Shown here piece after piece: positions 13,111-27,850 of a stretch of 64,000 bases of DNA (its first letter is position 1; every line of letters starts with the position of its first letter). The DNA is taken from the NCBI RefSeq assembly GCF_009914755.1, contig NC_060937.1; one strand, given 5' to 3'. The stretch is from the human T2T-CHM13v2.0 reference genome, Homo sapiens. Both the position numbers and the translations under genes were made by a program. The notes below the pieces were generated by a model, which saw only the letters and a program-made list of their open reading frames with translations, searched no databases and was not told where the DNA came from.

Positions 13111-15264
13111 GAATAATCAGTCTGCAAAGTTCGGAACCTTCTAGACCTAAGAAAACAAACATAAAACCTTAATTGACTTACAAAATTTATCTTAATTCAG
13201 GTTTAATTTACATTGATAAATCTGAAATTGTTATATAAGGCCACTTTTACCGATATTGCCTGTCCTGGTTTTGTAACCAAATTCAGTTTTCCTATTTTCA
13301 CCAACAGTGAAATGGCAGCATCAGTGCCCTGATGTTCCCAAGAAGTGCGTTCTTTCCTGAAGCCATCTGTAATCCTAGATTCCATTTTCACCACACTCTA
13401 AAGAAAAAGTGCAATTTTTTATTTGAATTTATATTTTTTGCATATTACCTTTTTTCATCCCTGGTCATATATGAGAAAATATTCACAGTCTTAATGTTCT
13501 CCATTGGTGTATTTATTGTTGGCAAAAATATGAAAGAATAAAGCATTTTGAATCACACTATGAATGTATCCAAATCCACATAGCTAATATTTCACAAAGA
13601 AAAGTTGTACCTCATATTTTGTCCAAAGAAACAAAATGTGCACCAATGTAGTCTCCACACAGAAATAGGAACTTGTCCTCCAGGCTGCCTTCTCTTATCA
13701 GAAGAGTCTCCTTCCATTGCTTCATCAACAACAAAGTGCTTAGAAGAAGAGACTTTTGGCTCTTTGACTTATTTGCTTCTAAATTCCATTTGAGTAATGA
13801 AGAAGCTAATTATTTTTGCTGAACTCTTTCTCTTTTCTTGAGATTATACTTTCAGTAATAAAAATACACACTTTGTGCGTGTTCATATGTCAATTACCAG
13901 ACACCCTAATGGTTACATTTGTGTTTTATAATATATGCCATTCAAAGACAAATTTTTCACTTGTTCTCTTTAGCTCAGTTCTAAAAGAAATATATCAGGA
14001 AAACTGTTTAGAAAATTCTTTTTGTACTATGGAATGAATATACCTTTTACCACTAATAGTAAACAATGATGACTACTAAAATTAGAGTGGAGGTAGCAAA
14101 TTATGCTTTATGGTTTTTCTAGTGTAGGAGAGATTAGCTGTTAAGAAAAAACATGAGAAAAAACTAAAAGTAGGAAAAGTTATCAAAGCCACAAATTGAT
14201 GGAAAACAGAGATTGGAATAGCTAAAAGACAAGGCATAGTATGCCAATTTCTCTTAATCTGCATATCTATTTAGGACACAATTAGGCTATGCATGCTAAG
14301 AGACCAAAAGCTCCACCAACTTTTAGACTGTCAGCTTCTATATGTCCGCTTAATTCACAGAAATATCCTATACATCCAGTACAGTATCCAAAACACAGTA
14401 GGCACTTGATAATTATTTTTAATTTGCTAATTAGGGATTATACCCAGTCTTGCAATCTATAGTGTCTCATATGGTGCCTAGACCACAGATCAATTACTGT
14501 CATATTTCATAGTCTAAAGGATTTAGAACCAGGTTATATCAGTTTAGATAACTACCATTACCCTAACGTTTCAAAGTTTTCAACTTTGGCCACATCATTG
14601 TCCAATCAATAGAAATAATTCCTTGGGTCAGATTCTCATCCCCTGCAACTATCATCCCTGTAAGCAAGAACAATGCCTTCATTTTTTCGTATGCCTTGTG
14701 CCCTGAGTGAGGAGTTTTATGCTAAGACAAGCTGTATTATAACCATTACGTGGACAATATTGCATTGGCTCTTGCCAATACACAAAATATCTAAATCCAG
14801 ATGCATTTGCATGGGAGATATTTTTATACCAAACAAGATTGTTTTGTCAATCTTAAAAGTACCTGTAAAGACACAAACTTGAATCTTAAATCAATCAGAT
14901 CAAAATTTCTTTAAAGAATTATCTGCTCAACAAATTGGTTAATCAGAGAACTGCTTTGTAAGATTCTTCTTGAGAATGTCAGGAGCAGTTATTGTATCTA
15001 ATGAACTTAATTACAATAACTGCGTGAGTCATAACTGAATTTGGGGTGACAAAAATGTCTGGTCATTAAAGATACAGTGATATAATTGTTTTTCACATTA
15101 GAGAAGGGCAAAATATTACTGTTAAGTAAATATCTTCTTCTTAGTTTCATATTTATTTTCCATTTGAATCAAATGTTTGTTACCTCTTTTACTTAATAAA
15201 TTTTGAAAGGAGTTCTAGAGGTGAAAGATTTTTCTATATATAAATGTACAATAAGTATCTTCTT

Positions 15265-15625
15265 GTTTTTAATTTCTTTAAAAATTTTTTTTAGAAATAG
15301 GGTCTTGCTCTCTCACCCAGGCTGGGGTGCGGTGGCCCAATCATAGCTCACTGTAGTCTCAAAGTATGTCTGCTTAATTCACAGAAATCACTTGAGCCCC
15401 AGAAAAAAATATGGTGTTCCGAGTGAGGAGGCTCAAGAGATCCTTCCACTCAGCCTAAGTAGCTAGGACTTCAGGCATGCACCACCGTGCCAACAATATT
15501 TATTTTTTGTAGAGACAGGGTCTTACTTTGTTGCATAGGCTGGTCTCATACTCCTCTCTTCTAGCCATCCTCCCTCCTCAGCCTCCTAAAGGGCTGGGAT
15601 TATAGGCGAGAGGCTCTGTATCCAC
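15265..15625 (-). mobile_element. AluJ interrupted by a ~66-bp foreign insertion (15365-15430)
   Basis: AluJ diagnostics (agggtcttgctct, aatcatagctcactgtag, ttttgtagagacagggtctt); Alu resumes at ggctcaagagatcct. Confidence 0.9.
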
Positions 15626-15910
15626 TAGGATCTCCTTAATTGGAATTTCTTCACAAAGGCAAATTCAGGTTATTTAATACAACTTTTTTCTTTATTAAAA
15701 TTTTGGATTATAAAGTGTGCAAAATTCTAATCTCCCTTATCTCCACCTGTATTCATTACACAAAACTACTGATTTTTTTCCCACATGTTAGTCGAGTAAA
15801 TTAGAAACCGTATTTCTTTATCATTTATAAAAAAATATGGTTTGATACCATGATTTTTCAAAAGATTTATACGGGCGACTTTAAAAAATATAGAACATAT
15901 TGCTGTATTC

Positions 15911-16146
15911 CAAAGGTTGGCAAACTGTTGTCTGTGGACTAAATCTGCACCATCCTACTCTCACTTCTGCTTGGTTTTGTATGGTCTTTGAGCTAAAAAT
16001 ACACTTTGTTTTTTCAATTTAAATGGTTACATTTAAAACATGGTTAAATAAGTATGTACATAAAAATCTAAAATTTGTTCTCTAGGCCTGTAAATTCTAT
16101 AGTATTACTATCTTGCCCTTTTTAGATAAATTATGTCGACATTTGT
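15911..16146 (+). mobile_element. MER58-family hAT-Charlie fossil
   Basis: aaggttggcaaact...gagctaa...ttaaatggtt...tactatcttgccctttttaga...gtcgacatttg follows MER58 termini and core. Confidence 0.7.
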
Positions 16147-16329
16147 TCTATAAATGCCTTATATATTATTGACCGAGTTATTAAGGATATCAACATATCT
16201 AACCTGAAATTCTTCTTTTTCTAAAAATAGAGAGTTTCACCACCCAATTTTTCAATAATCACAGAGCTAGCCTTTCATCTCACTTTGAAATTTGCTATAG
16301 CATAGCAAGAAATTTTATATCAGTGTAAT

Positions 16330-16500
16330 AACAATAACAGCATATTAAGTTAATAAAGCAATTTCATACATATTCTAATATCATTACTGAAAAAAAACCA
16401 TGCGTTAAACAGAACTATCTCTATAAACCAATTTTACAGGTGGAAAGAAAATTAGTCTCAAAGAGGTTAGATAATTGGCCCAGGGTTGTAAGTCTTGTAA
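16330..16500 (-). mobile_element. MIR fragment
   Basis: ccaattttacaggtggaaa...ctcaaagaggttagataattggcccaggg resembles the MIR core. Confidence 0.55.
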
Positions 16501-18850
16501 TTATTAGCACTTTTCCTGCCACACAGATATTCTCTTTACATGACTTCATGATGCCTACTGAAATTAAACTGAAATCTTAGTTCACTTGTACAAGAAAAGT
16601 AATCATAAGTTAGTTATGCATATAATACTGAAAGTCAAAAGATAATGAATATAATATAATTACCAGTGTTTTGTTGCAATTAATGAATAAATCACAACAA
16701 TCTGGTCACCTGGTAGACAACCTAGTAAAATGAACAAAGAGTTAGCTACATAACATGTGCTATAGAGGATAAAGTTGATAAAGGGATTAATTAAGCAACC
16801 AATCTAAAAGTACTGATCTCAACTTTACAAATGAGAACAAAGCCCTTAAACCAGCCACTTATTTTCATTAAATCTTTGACAAAGTTTAACAGTATAATTT
16901 TTGCAACTACCTATCCATTTATTAGTGACTTCTATGTTAAATTTCAATTTCATTAAGAAATTCCAAGTCAAATTAACAATTGGTTTGTATTTCAATAATA
17001 AGTAATTGCCTTACATGATACCAATGTTGTTATCACAATTACATATCCACAAATTTAGAACATTTACTTTTAATTTCCTAGGGAAATTAGTCATAAAAAA
17101 AGACATCATGTGGGACAGAAAATGGGAGGTGAAAGCTCATCGATGTGAAAAGGAAGTATTAAAATTAAAATATAAATTAAGTTTGTATTTCAAAATGTTA
17201 AAATACATATTATATACATTTCTTTGGAATGATATTCTAAGATTGCATTGAGTCATGAACCCATGTTTAATTTAAAAAAATAATTAAACTTTATGCTTAT
17301 TTTCTACATAGAATTAAAAGCCTGTAAAGGGACTACTGTGAATTATAGATTTCTTATGTTTAAATCAGATAATCTGTCACACATTTGAATGTTTTTTCAG
17401 AAAACACAAGAATTTGGTGATAATTTCAGAACCGTGTTATCTGATTATTTCTCCAGTTGTCTTTGGAAATGAACAACTTGGTAGGAAATACAATTACTAA
17501 ATCACAAACAGTTTCCTCAGTACTCAGTAAATGATATGACATTATTTTCTTCTCCTTATTATTGTGAAGTCTGGGCCAATAGAGATTTTTTTTATTTTGC
17601 TTTAATCTCAAAAAGAAAATAAAAACTACCTTTATATCTTCATCCTCCTCCATTATTTGTTAGTATTTCCCAGTGTATTTCCCTGAAGTACTTTCCACTT
17701 ATATTTCAGGTACCTCTTAAGTATCTCTTTTGCTTATGACTTCTTAAAAGTTTTTCTGTTGTTAGAAAATAGACATTTATAGTTCTATGCTCTCTGTAAT
17801 GTTAAATCTAATATTTTAAAAATCTTCTGTATTCTGATAGAGCATTTTAAGATTATTCTTCTCATTACTCATTATATGTTATTCATTGTCATTTCTGTTC
17901 TTCTTTCTATAAACCGTGCTTTAAAATTCTCTATCAGATTTCTAGTTTTTATGTCATCTTACTTGGTCTTATTCAGTTCAATTTCTATCTGTAAGCTTTT
18001 CATAATATATTTATTTCCTGTTTTATATTTTATTAATTTTTGGTTGAGAACAAAAAGCAGATGACTTAAAATAGGTTCCTAAGTTTATTCTTCCAAAGCA
18101 CTGATGTCCTCTCAATCGCAAATGGTCTGGTAGCAATCTCATTACAAAATTCACCATCATTCCACTTTTTTTTTCATCTTTAATTATTTTGACTGTTCCC
18201 TGCTCCCAAGTATTCAGATCCATTGTTGGCCAGAAATTGTCCTAGTCCCTCTTGTCAAGGTTTCTCTGTGAACCTTTCTCTCAGTTCTTAATATGGAAGG
18301 CAAATAATATCAAGAGCCCTGAGTCAGTTTTCTCTGCTGTTGGGCAGCCGTTACCTTATAGGATTCAGCAGGAATAAAGAAATGTTTTTCTGATTCTGCT
18401 TCTTGGTATAAAGGGTGATTTGAGGCTTCTAATTTAAAGAAGTGTGTAGTTCACCCCTTGCCGAAAGCACTGTATAAACTTTGCAACTTCTGGACTATAA
18501 GTTTTATTATATTTTTTGTATCTTTGTCCCTTGTTATTGCTGAATTCCTGAATTCACAATGCAGGTTTTCAATGTGCTACTATCTCCTCATGTCTGACTG
18601 GGAGTGTGCAGTAATTGTGGTACTTACTCCAATACCTAGTAAGGAGTAGAGTTGGAAGATTGGAGAATTATACATCACTGGCTCTCTGAGACTCTTAAAT
18701 CTCATGTGAACAGCCTGGGTTTTAAACTTAAGTCTAGCCAGCCACTCTATCTCATAAAGACCTCTTCAGATTCAAAAGCCTATTCTATTATTTCATCCAC
18801 AGAAAGTGAAGATCCATATTCTTTCTCTAAAAGAATCTCAGATCCTTGGA

Positions 18851-19179
<329 letters not shown>

Positions 19180-19925
19180 TCAGAGCCTTTGTTTTAGAGG
19201 CTCAGGCTCACGGAACACAGTCACCTCCTTCTAGATTGGAATTCTTTAAAGATCAGCGTACCTTGAAAATAGCAAAAACAAAAAGAAACAAACGACAAAC
19301 AAAAAAATCAGCAATGACTCTAGAATAGCCTTAAGGAGTTTAAAGACCTTGTGTATTGCTAGAGACTTAGATTATTAGTGGAAGAAATGTTCAATAAAAA
19401 TTGGTTTAAGATGAAAAGAGTATATTAATTCATATAACTCACTAATCCAGAAATAGAGCTCGATTAAAGCCTAGCTTTACAGAGAAACCCAGGTATTTTT
19501 GTTAAACTTGAGATCCGTTAATATTGATGCTTGTTTCATCTTAAACTAATTGTACCTGGAGTTTCAGCAGATCTGGATCTATACTCATCCTAGTTCAAGT
19601 ACAATAAAGAACATCTCTTTATATTTCCTGCAAAATTCCTAGGTTTTACTCTCATTAAACAAACTTGTGTCATTGCCCTTTTTGTGAGGATTTGAGGAAT
19701 CCTGGTCTGCCAGCATTTGGTCAGAAGTTCTTCTCATGAAGCCTACAGTAGACAAATGGACAACTGAAAATATTGAATGGTTGATACTAGAACAAATTAT
19801 AGGTACATTGATATAGATTCTAAACAGCCAAAATAATAAACATTCATTCTATCACAATGAGTTCATGTTAAAAGTGTAGTGACATAACATTAAAGCATGC
19901 AGACGGCTGATACTATCCACCTCAC

Positions 19926-22927
<3,002 letters not shown>

Positions 22928-23136
22928 TCCTACTTAAGCTCGAGAGGTACCTGGGGCCCCTCAGATATCCTGAGAAATTATTGTTTTATATCATTGAGGT
23001 ATGTGGATGAGCATCACTTAAAAGATGAAATTTCTTCTCTTTGATTTTATAATGCAAGACTTTAATAATTGTATCCTCTTATCTCTCTAACCATTCTACA
23101 TTGCTCTGTAGCATTGATAATCTATAGTTTCTAGAC

Positions 23137-23317
23137 GAGCATTGCTCAACAGAATTTTCTGTAACGATAGAAATGTTTTTCTGTGCCCTCCAGTACATAG
23201 TCACTGGCCGCATGTTTCTATTAAGCACTTTAATTGCAACTGATATAACTGAGGATCTTTATTTTAAATTCTACTATATAACTAGGTGGTCAGTGGGTAT
23301 TGCATTAGACAGCACAG
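23137..23317 (+). mobile_element. MER3 hAT-Charlie MITE
   Basis: agaattttctgtaacgatagaaatgtt...gtcactggccgcatg...attagacagcacag; 8-bp TSD ttctagac (23129-23136) / ttctcgac (23318-23325). Confidence 0.85.
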
Positions 23318-23363
23318 TTCTCGACTCTTCTCTCACTTAGAAGGGTCTCATCTACTCTAGGGT

Positions 23364-23964
23364 TATATATATATATATATATATTTTATGCTTTAAGTTC
23401 TAGGGTACATGTGCACAATGTGCAGGTTTTTTACATATGTATACATGTGCCATGTTGGTGTGCTGCACCCATTAACTCATCATTTACATTAGGTATATCT
23501 CCTAATGCTATCCCTCTCCCCTCCCCCCACCCCACAACAGCCCCCGGTGTGTGATGTTCCCCTTCCTGTGTCCAAGTGTTCTCATTGTTCAATTCCCACC
23601 TATGAGTGAGAATATGCGGTGTTTGGTTTTTTGTCCTTGCTATAGTTTGCTGAGAATGATTGTTTCCAGCTTCATCCATGTCCCTACAAAGGACATGAAC
23701 TCATCATTTTTTATGGCTGCATAGTATTCCATGGTGTATATGTGCCACATTTTCTTAATCCAATCTATCATTGTTGGACATTTGGGTTGGTTCCAAGTCT
23801 TTGCTATTGTGAGTAGTACTGCAATAAACATACGTGTGCATGTGTCTTTACAGCAGCATGATTTATATTCCTTTGGGTATGTACCCAGTAATAGGATGGC
23901 TGGGTCAAATGGTATTTCTAGTTCTAGATCCTTGAGGAATCGCCACACTGTCTTCCACAATGGT
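23364..23964 (-). mobile_element. 5'-truncated young L1PA (about L1PA3-4), ~600 bp, tail converted to (TA)n
   Basis: ctttaagttctagggtacatgtgcacaatgtgcagg...; ORF 23640-23960 is the ORF2p C-terminus; weak TSD tag(g/c)gtt. Confidence 0.95.
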
Positions 23965-24258
23965 AGCGTTTTAAATAGTCACTGATACTTTCCAACTGCC
24001 CTTTGTGAACTCTTCTCCAACTTGCTTATAACAGTTCCAGTTTAAATGCCACAAATAATTATGTTATTCTCAAGATATTGTTTATTTCCTATCTTGGTAT
24101 AGACCTGATCTATTTGTTTTTTATTTTATTTTGATTCTACATATTCAATAACTCTTAAACTGTTAGTTCCCTTCCCCCTAATTGCTACCTCTTTAATGTA
24201 AGCTCTTCTAAGCCTTTTCCTGGACTAACAGAAATGCCTTTTCATTGCTTAATTTCTT

Positions 24259-24340
24259 TTTTTTTTTTTGTGACAGAGTTTTGCTCTTGTTGCCCAGGCT
24301 GGACTGCAATGACTTGATCTCGGCTCACGGCAACCTCCAC
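24259..24340 (-). mobile_element. Severely 5'-truncated Alu (AluSq/Sp-type 3' end)
   Basis: poly-T plus gacagagttttgctcttgttgcccaggctgg...caacctccac; TSD attg(c/t)ttaatttctt at 24244-24258 and 24342-24356. Confidence 0.9.
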
Positions 24341-26139
24341 TATTGTTTAATTTCTTAATTCTCTGGATGGGATCTTAAAATGTTGAGATGAAGATTCGGC
24401 AAAAGTCCATGTTTTTTGAAGAGCATTCACTACTGAGTTTTTCTTCCTCTGTGTTCCCACCACACTTTTTCCGGGTATCTATTATAACGGATAACTTATT
24501 ACAGGTTGTTTTACGCTATACTATAATCTCCTTGAGAACAGAATCGTGGGGAAATTATGTATCAGAATGGAGTTAGTTATATAGAAGGCTTTTAATTACT
24601 AGTTGAAGGAATACTTACATCACTATTTAAAAAAGATTATTTAAATTATCAACAGCTCAAGGAACTATATCGGAGTGGGAAAATGCCAAGCAATAAAGAA
24701 AACTTTGAGGAGTAAGTATGTGTTACCTACACATACACAAAAAATAATCTTAACAATTTAGGAAGATAAGCCAGGGTTGCAGAGTCCTAGAAGAAAAACA
24801 AAAACATGCCTGTTAAAGGAAAAAATATATGCCTAAGTGTATGAAGTATATTCCTTAGTTTTATATACTGAGAAATCAAGGTATAATTATTTAAGTCCTA
24901 AATCTATCTTTAGACATATCATAAAAATTACTTTGATATTATGTTTATTTTTTTAACATCCTCAGAGTAAGGTCAATATACTTAGGAGGAGACTAAGAAG
25001 ATTTCAGGAAGCTAAGAGATGACCTATGCAACCTAATCATATCACCCTTGACAGTGTCAGGTAACACAGTAAGAAGTAAATTCTGAGTGGAAGCTCTGAG
25101 CAACTTTGGGGTTCAGATGGAGAACAGCTTGACTACGGGAAAAGAATAAGATAGAAAAGAGAAATGTAAAGAACTATTATTAATATCAAAGTAGTAGATA
25201 TTCTTGGGTGGCTCTTGAGAGCTAGTGAGAGTATGGTCAATTGAGCATCTTGGGCATGTCTTCAGAAATATTTGTGAAGCACAACAGAGACATAAACAAA
25301 ATTCCAACATAACATTGGTCAAGCAATTATATCTCCTGTGTAATAATCCTAATTCTGAAATAATCATTTACATAAAATTTGACGTATTCATTATTCAGCA
25401 ATCCAGTATAGAAAAATAATAATAATAGCTAACATTTCTAACATAAGAGAGTATTAATTAATTAATCTATGATAAATATCCTGTATGTTTTTAGGCATAT
25501 GTTACTGTTTCTAGAAAACTCATCTCTGAATACTAGTTAATTTTTCTGTGTCTAGCTCCTAGCAGCATATTTATGTCTAATAAAGATTTAATAAGTGCTT
25601 TTTGATGTCATAAAAATGTTTACATTGAAAAGCAATATAAATATCTTCACAAAATTTAATTACATGTTTAATGTGACCGTGGATATAAAACAAAAAATCT
25701 CACCACAAAAATATACATGAAAATAACTTGAAATGCACAAAGACGCACAAGGATTTTGCCAATGAATGTTAGAATATGTTGAATGTTTATTATTCTTATA
25801 ATTGTTTTCCAAATATTTTATAATGAAATCATTTTGTTATGAAAATAAAAGTACAGTCAAATTTTTACCATGTAATAAGAGAAAACTGACCAATACCAGA
25901 ATTTTGCCTACAATCTTCAGAAGAATTTGTAAAAGGATTAATTTTTATCAAGTACAAAGAAGAGAAAGACAAATTTTTTTAGATACCCTCAAACTCTGAG
26001 TTCGAATGTAAATTTTTTGGAAAATTTGCATTTTTCTTCTAAGTGTTTTACTCGGGCTATGGTATATGACTCTCCAAAAGTCTTAAAATCACATGCCAGA
26101 AATAGCATAATAGTTTCCATGAAACACTTAAAGTCTAGT

Positions 26140-26350
26140 CAAGCTTGTCTAACCTACAACCCTCAGGCTGCATGGAATGCAGACCAACACAAATTCATAA
26201 ACTTACTTAAAACTTTATGAGAATTTTTTGAGATTTCTTTTAGCTCATCAGCTATCATTAGTGTTAGTGAATTTTACGTGTGACCCACCTGCCCCAAATT
26301 TTTTTGTCTACCAATGTGGCCCAGGGAAGGCAAAAGATTGGACACCCTTT
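26140..26350 (-). mobile_element. MER30 hAT-Charlie MITE
   Basis: caagcttgtc...ccaacacaaattcataaact...tagctcatcagctatcattagtgttagtg...caatgtggcccagggaaggcaaaagattggacaccc = antisense MER30. Confidence 0.9.
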
Positions 26351-26368
26351 GTCTAAAAAAGCTTGGAA

Positions 26369-26676
26369 GGCTGGGTGTGGTGGCTCACACCTGTAATCCC
26401 AGCACTTTAGGAGGCCAAGGAGGGTGGATTGCTTAAGCCCAGGAGTTTGAGACCAGCCTCGGCAACATAGGGAAACCCATCCCTACCAAAAAATATAAGA
26501 AATAGCCTGTGTGGCAGCACAAGTTTGTAGTCCCAGCTACTTGGGAGGCTGAGGTGGGAGGGTGAGGTGGGATGGTTGCTTGAGCCCAGGAGGCAGAGGT
26601 TTCAGTGAGCCAAGATCACGCCACTGCACTGCAGCCTAGGTGACAGAGTGACTCTGTCTCAAAAAATAAAGAGAAT
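26369..26676 (+). mobile_element. AluJ (Jb-like)
   Basis: ggattgcttaagcccaggagtttgagaccagcc and gaggtggga...ttgcttgagcccagg; small internal duplication tgaggtggga; TSD aaaagctt(g/a)ga. Confidence 0.92.
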
Positions 26677-26916
26677 AAAAGCTTAGAGAGAATATTTTAA
26701 GTTTTTACTACATGCTGCCTCTGCAATTCAAAGTACAAGCTTTAGTAGTATTCCACATTTAGTGACATGCAAGAAGGTAAAGGAAAGTATTAAATCTTAA
26801 TGAAGGTAAATAATTCCAAAACTTCCATTTATTCATTTCTTTCCTTCCATTCTTACTTCTATTCTCATATATGCTTCTACTTATGTTATACATAATTTTT
26901 TTTTACTAAAAGGGAT

Positions 26917-27527
26917 TGTGGTAGACCCACTCTAAGGTAATCCACAATAAGCCACATCCTTGTATAATTCTCTGTCTTTGAATATAATATAAAGACATAA
27001 AGTATAAAATATATAAAATATACTTTTTAAAAAAGGCAGAACCTACAGATTACTTCTAACTAATACAATATGGCACAAATAAAAAGATTTGCAGACGTAA
27101 TTAAGTCATTCATCAGCTGACTTTGAGTTCATCAAAAGGAAGATTGGTTTGAGTGGGCCTGAACTAATCAGGTTATCCCTTTAGAAGAGAGTGCAGTCCT
27201 TTCCTGTAGTTAGATAATTGAAGTATCAGAAGCTTTCTCTCTTTATTAATATATTTTAAGAAGCCAACTGCTATGAATTCTACGGCCACAGACTTATGAC
27301 ATCTGTCAAAAACCTGAGGAGTTGAGAAGAAAATCCTTCCCTAGTCAAGCCTTCAGATGAGACCACAGCTCAGCCAAAACTTTGATTTCAGCCTGTGAGA
27401 CCTTGAGCCCAGAAATCAGTTTAGCCATGGCCAGACCCTTAGCCTATAGAAAGTATGTGATAATAAATGAGTTAGTTTCAAATCACTAAGTTTGGTGATT
27501 TGTTACACAGCAAAGAACACTAATGCA
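26917..27527 (+). mobile_element. MLT1E-like MaLR solo LTR
   Basis: TG...CA ends (tgtggtag...ctaatgca); TSD gggat/aggat; motifs gcagacgtaattaag, cagatgagaccacagc, gataataaatg. Confidence 0.85.
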
Positions 27528-27659
27528 AGGATGAATTAGTTATAGATTCTGTTAAATTTTAATAATATATTAAATTATATATTAAAATTAATTCTATACA
27601 AAACTAATTTTAGTTAATGGTTTGAAAGCTACACTAATATTTTTATTCCACAAATATTA

Positions 27660-27850
27660 TAAAGGCATTTTGTATACATTCAATATATTTAATTCTTACA
27701 ACAATCCTGCTGGGTATACATATTAGTACATTTTGCTCTTTGCTCGTTTATTTGAGGTAACTGACATTTACTGAGTTTAGACACATAGTTTCAGAGGTAG
27801 TGGCTGATCCAGGATTAGGACCCAGGTCTGTCTTATTTTCAAGCCTATTT
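27660..27850 (-). mobile_element. MIR fragment
   Basis: atttaattcttacaacaatcctg...ccaggattaggacccaggtctgtc. Confidence 0.55.
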
